DNA from: a virus | Lineage: Duplodnaviria; Caudoviricetes | DNA length: 64,000 bases | Virus record (IMG/VR): IMGVR_UViG_3300032007_000001 | Direction: 5' to 3' (one strand) | In this document: one piece after another, positions 59,719-64,000 of the stretch | Position numbering within the stretch: position 1 is the stretch's first letter | How the letters are laid out: the number at the start of each line of letters is the position of its first letter | Program-made: the position numbers and the translations under genes | Notes under the pieces: model-generated | Told to the model about the DNA's origin: nothing | The model's input: the letters and a program-made list of their open reading frames with translations, nothing else | Databases searched by the model: none

Positions 59719-60006
59719 TTAATTACCATATTCATATAAATATCTTTTCATAATTTCAAACCTAACGGTTTCTATTTCTTTTTCCAATTTAAAAATATAT
59801 CTATTATACTCAGAATAATTGTTCAAAATAAATAATGAAAAAAATTCTTTTTTATTTTTCAAATTAAAAATAGAATCTAAAACAGAAATGCCTTCTTTTG
59901 ATAAAAAAGATGATTCCATCGTAATGACGAAACCATCTGCATCAAACGATATTAAAATTTTAATACCAAAACTTTTCTTATTAAATCTTTTTATAAAAGC
60001 ACTCAT
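59719..60006 (-). CDS. Hypothetical protein
   Basis: 95 aa, ATGA overlap with upstream gene. Confidence 0.5.
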   Translation of the reverse strand: MSAFIKRFNKKSFGIKILISFDADGFVITMESSFLSKEGISVLDSIFNLKNKKEFFSLFILNNYSEYNRYIFKLEKEIETVRFEIMKRYLYEYGN

Positions 60007-60776
60007 ATAAACTTCGCCATCTTAGCACATACATCGTATATATATGCATTTTCTTCATCGTAAAGATAATACATAGACCTTACATAATTGAAAAATTCCA
60101 ATATGTTAAGCAAATAATGACATTGCCTATTTGCTTCTCCGAAATACTCAAGATTTATCCTATATGTATTATGTACACCGTCTCTTCCATTCATATATTT
60201 TGTGTCCATTGTATCGCAATCGTTCATGTGATTATATGCTTCTCTTAAATTGACAAACATATAATGCCCATGACAATGGTCAAAAGCACTAAAGAATGGC
60301 GTATCACTAAAAATAAGCAAAAACGGATTTTCACACGTACTTAAATAATGATTTATTTCTCTATCATTGAATGCTGCTTCTCTAACAGCCGTTTTTCCAT
60401 TTTTCAATTGAAATTGACGAATTGCTGTAGGACCAAGCATTTTTACGTCAACACCAACTCTAAACCTTGAAGAAAAATCTATAGCACTATAATCAACGTT
60501 TGGGTGGTTCTTTGTAAACGTATATACATTTACATCACCATTGTACTTAAATACACTTCCGAAAAAATAATTTTTCGAAAAAGATATTTCTCCAATTCTT
60601 CCTTCTATTAAAGCTTTACATTTCCGGTCAGCTTGTTCTGGTCTTAAATTATTGACATAATTATAGATACCAGTTGTATGGTCCTTAAAAATTGGAGAAT
60701 TATTTATTAACGTCTGCATATATTCAGAACAATATTTTTGCAGCAATTCTTTTTGTAACCAATGCATTTTCATCAC
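60003..60776 (-). CDS. Possible PD-(D/E)xK nuclease-fold protein
   Basis: GRIGE helix followed by IDF...GVDVK pattern. Confidence 0.4.
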   Translation of the reverse strand: MMKMHWLQKELLQKYCSEYMQTLINNSPIFKDHTTGIYNYVNNLRPEQADRKCKALIEGRIGEISFSKNYFFGSVFKYNGDVNVYTFTKNHPNVDYSAIDFSSRFRVGVDVKMLGPTAIRQFQLKNGKTAVREAAFNDREINHYLSTCENPFLLIFSDTPFFSAFDHCHGHYMFVNLREAYNHMNDCDTMDTKYMNGRDGVHNTYRINLEYFGEANRQCHYLLNILEFFNYVRSMYYLYDEENAYIYDVCAKMAKFI

Positions 60777-60815
60777 CCATTTTATATTTTACCATAAAAA
60801 TGCTTTTTTGGTTTA

Positions 60816-61256
60816 TTATTTTGAAAAATTTTTTATAATTTTTGATGCTAATTTTCCATCAAACATGCCAGCATAATTTTCTTTTAATTTATTCATTACC
60901 AATCCAATTATTTTCTTATCGTTAATATCAAAGTCTTTTATATAATTTTGAATAACCTCTGTCAGTTCTTCTTCAGTTAACTGCTTTGGAATATACTTTT
61001 GAAGCAATTTAATTTTATCTTCATATTCTAAGACTCTAGATGGGTCTTTTTTCTTTAGTAAATCAATGACTTCTTCTGATTTAGACTGAAAATTCTTCAT
61101 TATCTTAATAGCTTCTTCGTCTGTTGTTTGACGATTGCCATTGTTTTTACCAAACATCACAACATCAGAATATATCGTTGAAAGAAATGTCACCACGTCT
61201 TTTCTTTTGGCCTTTCTAGCCTCGTCCAAATCTTTCTTAATAGTATCTACTATCAC
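60816..61256 (-). CDS. GatB/YqeY domain protein
   Basis: IKKDL.EARKA, TTDEEAI, KYIPKQLTEEEL, IG.VM..LK..Y.G.FDGK.AS. Confidence 0.85.
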   Translation of the reverse strand: MIVDTIKKDLDEARKAKRKDVVTFLSTIYSDVVMFGKNNGNRQTTDEEAIKIMKNFQSKSEEVIDLLKKKDPSRVLEYEDKIKLLQKYIPKQLTEEELTEVIQNYIKDFDINDKKIIGLVMNKLKENYAGMFDGKLASKIIKNFSK

Positions 61257-61672
61257 TTGTATATCTCCTCTCTAATCTTTTCCAAATCACCATGTATAAT
61301 GATAGGAGAAAAACCGTGTATCTCATCATATAATATTCCTGGTGGGATATCATTATAGAGATAAATCTTCTTCTTTTTCATAAATGCTTCATATATTTCT
61401 ATGAACGTTGAACCGCCAATATAATTTTTTTGATTCTTAGTGGAAAAATTCAATACTAATACAGCATCAACTTCTCTAATTCTTGCTCTTGACAAATAAA
61501 ACATTGATTTTTTAAATAACTGATGCGTATCATTTTCCCAACTTTTATCTTCAGCAGTTGGATTATCATAATTATTAGGAAGAAGAACAGTATGCCCAGA
61601 TTGAATCAATTGTCTTTGTATATCTGGTATTACGTTATAAAATCTTTTGCTGCATATAATCCAAATTTTCAT
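61253..61672 (-). CDS. Nucleoside 2-deoxyribosyltransferase-like protein
   Basis: KI.I..S.RFY, I.EVDAVLVLN, YIGGSTFIEI..A...KKKIYL. Confidence 0.6.
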   Translation of the reverse strand: MKIWIICSKRFYNVIPDIQRQLIQSGHTVLLPNNYDNPTAEDKSWENDTHQLFKKSMFYLSRARIREVDAVLVLNFSTKNQKNYIGGSTFIEIYEAFMKKKKIYLYNDIPPGILYDEIHGFSPIIIHGDLEKIREEIYK

Positions 61673-61676
61673 AATA

Positions 61677-62042
61677 TCATTCCTTTACAAATTCTTTACA
61701 CTGGAAACCATTTTCGTTTAGCCATTCCGCTACTATATGTCTATGACAAAAATCAATTGGTTTTTCATAACACAATAATGCTATATCTTGATTATTTGAC
61801 ATTTTCATTAAATCGTCAATTACATTTTTGATAATCAATGGCTTTAATCTCTCTTCTTTGAAACGTTTAGTATATAAATCATTGTTTCCAGTTTCTTTCC
61901 ATTGTTTGAAAATATCCCATGATGGAGCTAATTTTTTATATTCTAACCCGTTATAAAAATCAGGAGATTTGCCGCATATTGCTATTGTTACAATATTTTT
62001 TGGTAAATGTCTCATATATCCAAAATAAGATGTATAAATCAT
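61677..62042 (-). CDS. DUF488-family protein
   Basis: MIYTSYF, KLAPSW, ALLCYEKP.DFCHRHIVAEWL. Confidence 0.8.
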   Translation of the reverse strand: MIYTSYFGYMRHLPKNIVTIAICGKSPDFYNGLEYKKLAPSWDIFKQWKETGNNDLYTKRFKEERLKPLIIKNVIDDLMKMSNNQDIALLCYEKPIDFCHRHIVAEWLNENGFQCKEFVKE

Positions 62043-62057
62043 CTATAAACCTCCATT

Positions 62058-62171
62058 TTATTTATGTGATTTTTCATTTTTAGTGAAAATATAACAATTA
62101 TTGAAATAAAATCCTAATGCAATAGCAACCATAAAAAATACAAAACAAATAGCTGCAGCTTGCGCATTCAT
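62058..62171 (-). CDS. Small single-pass membrane protein, 37 aa
   Basis: Hand translation MNAQAAAICFVFFMVAIALGFYF...; GGAG RBS directly after dnaE-N stop. Confidence 0.5.
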   Translation of the reverse strand: MNAQAAAICFVFFMVAIALGFYFNNCYIFTKNEKSHK

Positions 62172-62184
62172 TGCAATCACTCCA

Positions 62185-62487
62185 TTATTCTACTTCACAA
62201 ACAACATCATTAATTTCCAATTTATCTGCTTCTATCCACTGCGGAATTCTTACGTTGTTATCAAAATCATAACTTTTGATTGCTAAAATTTTATGGTCTT
62301 TCGTAATGCCATTTATTTTTTTATCTTCAAATTCAAAACTTAATAATTCTTCGTCAACATCATATACAAATTTATTGATTACTTCATGCAAACAATTATC
62401 ACTAGCATAAACATAATCACCAATCTTTATATCTTTTAATTTATTTTTTCCATCTAAAGTTCTAACAATATTATTACCACATATACA
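62185..62487 (-). other. Split intein N-fragment (IntN, 100 aa)
   Basis: Starts with Cys1 (CICGNNIVRT), IKIGDYV, block B TKDH, WIEADKLEINDVV, then stop. Confidence 0.93.
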
Positions 62488-63687
62488 CCCACGACCTGGG
62501 CCGTTAGCCATTTTTGCTTTGTATCTTATGAACGAAATGATAGAATCATACAATATAAAATACGTTTCAAATCCCATATCTTGTATAACTTTCATTTCAT
62601 GCATTGCGCGCATTCTATCTTTTTTAGATTGGCAATTTTTTCTTGTTAGACCATTCAAAAAAAGATATGTAAGATATTTTGTTTTTTCCAAATCTTTTTC
62701 ATTAATTGATTTAGATAATTCTTTCCAATCATTAAAAGCGTCATCATCTTTTGGTATCTTAACGCTTGGTAAATAATGTTTATCTGAAGAAAATTCAGTC
62801 ATACATTGTTTGGCTATATTTTCTGTATTTTCTACAGCTTCTAATATAGCTTTTTGGTCCAATTTTTCATGACCGTCTCTCTTAAATGCTTCCAATACTT
62901 CTTCTTTGGACATTATATAATAAGTATTGCCACCATAAGTCCAACGTTCTGGATTTGACATTTTGTCTTTACTTTGCATGCATAAAAGAACATCATGTGC
63001 TTCTTTATTTTCTTTTACAAGATAATGTGCGTCTGTTGTTGCTACCAATGGAATCCCCATTTCTTTTGAAAGAGAAATCAAAACTTCATTAACTTTCGCT
63101 TGGTCTTCCATTGCAGTTGGCTGTATCTCTAAATAAAAATTCTCATGAAATAATTTATTATAATAAGCTATCCATTTTTTAGCAGATTCTATATCATCTT
63201 TTTTTATACATTGTGGTATGCGACCAGCAACACATGCAGAAGTTGCAATTAAATTATCAGTTCCAACTTCTTCTAAACATTTATCATCAATTCTTGGCTT
63301 ATAGTAAAAACCTTTTGTAGCACCAAGCGAAGCCAATTTTGAAATTTTCTTATAACCCTCCATATTTTTGGAAAGTATAATCATATGTTCATTTCTATAA
63401 CTTCTATAATGTTCTATATCTTTATTCAACATATCATCAGTGACATAAAATTCCTCACCGACAATAGGCATAACGTTGTTTTTCGTTGCTTCGTTATAAT
63501 GAAACATAACAGCATATAGATTGCCATGGTCTGTTATGCAGCTATACGCTTGATGATTTTCGTTATATTGATTATTAAAATCTTCTGTCAATTTCTTATT
63601 TGTTTTTACCAAGTCTTCAACTCTCAAACACGAATCCAATAGAGAATATTGAGAATGAACATGTAAATTCACAAACATATTTGGCAT
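62185..63687 (-). CDS. dnaE: DNA polymerase III alpha, N-terminal fragment (PHP domain), with C-terminal split-intein N-half
   Basis: LHVHSQYSLLD, ITDHGN, GFYYKPRID, ATTDAHY, MGFETYFIL, ends GPGRG then 100-aa IntN; ATG 63687 after GAGGTG. Confidence 0.95.
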   Translation of the reverse strand: MPNMFVNLHVHSQYSLLDSCLRVEDLVKTNKKLTEDFNNQYNENHQAYSCITDHGNLYAVMFHYNEATKNNVMPIVGEEFYVTDDMLNKDIEHYRSYRNEHMIILSKNMEGYKKISKLASLGATKGFYYKPRIDDKCLEEVGTDNLIATSACVAGRIPQCIKKDDIESAKKWIAYYNKLFHENFYLEIQPTAMEDQAKVNEVLISLSKEMGIPLVATTDAHYLVKENKEAHDVLLCMQSKDKMSNPERWTYGGNTYYIMSKEEVLEAFKRDGHEKLDQKAILEAVENTENIAKQCMTEFSSDKHYLPSVKIPKDDDAFNDWKELSKSINEKDLEKTKYLTYLFLNGLTRKNCQSKKDRMRAMHEMKVIQDMGFETYFILYDSIISFIRYKAKMANGPGRGCICGNNIVRTLDGKNKLKDIKIGDYVYASDNCLHEVINKFVYDVDEELLSFEFEDKKINGITKDHKILAIKSYDFDNNVRIPQWIEADKLEINDVVCEVE

Positions 63688-63734
63688 AAAAACACCTCTG
63701 GATATATTATATAAAATAAAATGGTGATTTTGGA

Positions 63735-64000
63735 ATGATAGATAAAACAAATCATAGCGTTTTTTTAACAAATAAAGATGTTATATTTTATAGTGAATAC
63801 GAATGTAACAACTGCGAAATAAAATACTATAATAATGACTTTGTTACATTCGTTTTCAATGGAATATTTAGATTAAAAGTTATAATAGCTTTTAATTTTA
63901 TAGAACCAAGTATAAATTATAGCCAAAATTCTCCACCTATCATGGAATCTTTCAATAATATTGAAAATTTTAAGTTGTTTTTATCTGAACATATATCTAT
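63735..64000 (+). CDS. Hypothetical protein, 5' part only (runs off window end)
   Basis: ATG 63735 after GGTG; frame open to edge. Confidence 0.5.
   Translation, partial: MIDKTNHSVFLTNKDVIFYSEYECNNCEIKYYNNDFVTFVFNGIFRLKVIIAFNFIEPSINYSQNSPPIMESFNNIENFKLFLSEHIS

Noticed and set aside
62185-62487. dnaE as a pseudogene or an intein with a homing endonuclease domain
   Set aside because: Both fragments keep catalytic motifs, their own RBS and all splicing residues; no LAGLIDADG or HNH motifs are present in either intein half.
186-63092. Many short antisense or nested ORFs in the track (e.g. 9241..9930, 22905..23546, 48100..48606)
   Set aside because: They are shadows of well-supported genes, lack RBSs and have unnatural composition.
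1-64000. Genome-wide stop-codon reassignment (code 4 or 15)
   Set aside because: Long conserved genes translate intact in code 11, and TGA ends genes at their expected C-termini (folA, sbcC, three array paralogues); only one gene shows in-frame TGA.
1-64000. CRISPR array, tRNA or rRNA genes
   Set aside because: Intergenic gaps are short and explained by promoters and terminators; no spaced direct repeats or cloverleaf signatures seen by eye (tRNAscan-SE would be needed to be certain).

Overview
AT-rich (roughly 28% GC by eye), densely coding segment of a large (probably jumbo) tailed phage, likely infecting an anaerobic Bacillota host (sigma-A-type promoters, GAGGTG/AGGAG RBSs, Firmicutes-type PyrG). 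It contains a 2082-aa tape measure gene with a putative chaperone, an SF2 helicase, a radical SAM protein, a thyA-pyrG-folA cluster, an SSB, sbcC/sbcD/ruvC with a PARG-like gene between sbcD and sbcC, an orphan N4/N6 methyltransferase and two tail-fibre/receptor-binding loci (10.8-13.6 kb and 44.9-54.3 kb). The best-supported unusual feature is a DNA polymerase III alpha (dnaE) broken into two genes about 22.7 kb apart. Each gene carries half of a naturally split intein at the GRG|S site, so trans-splicing would give a ~1174-aa polymerase. The gap between the halves holds a modular tail-fibre cassette, a duplicated two-gene module and a tandem array of five paralogues with conserved ends and hypervariable cores; one paralogue has two in-frame TGA codons and another a frameshift near an A7 run. 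Five fibre genes and one collapsed remnant share an N-terminal ~27-aa peptide. No tRNA, rRNA, CRISPR array, reverse transcriptase or site-specific recombinase was recognised. All family calls come from motif recognition by eye, not database searches.
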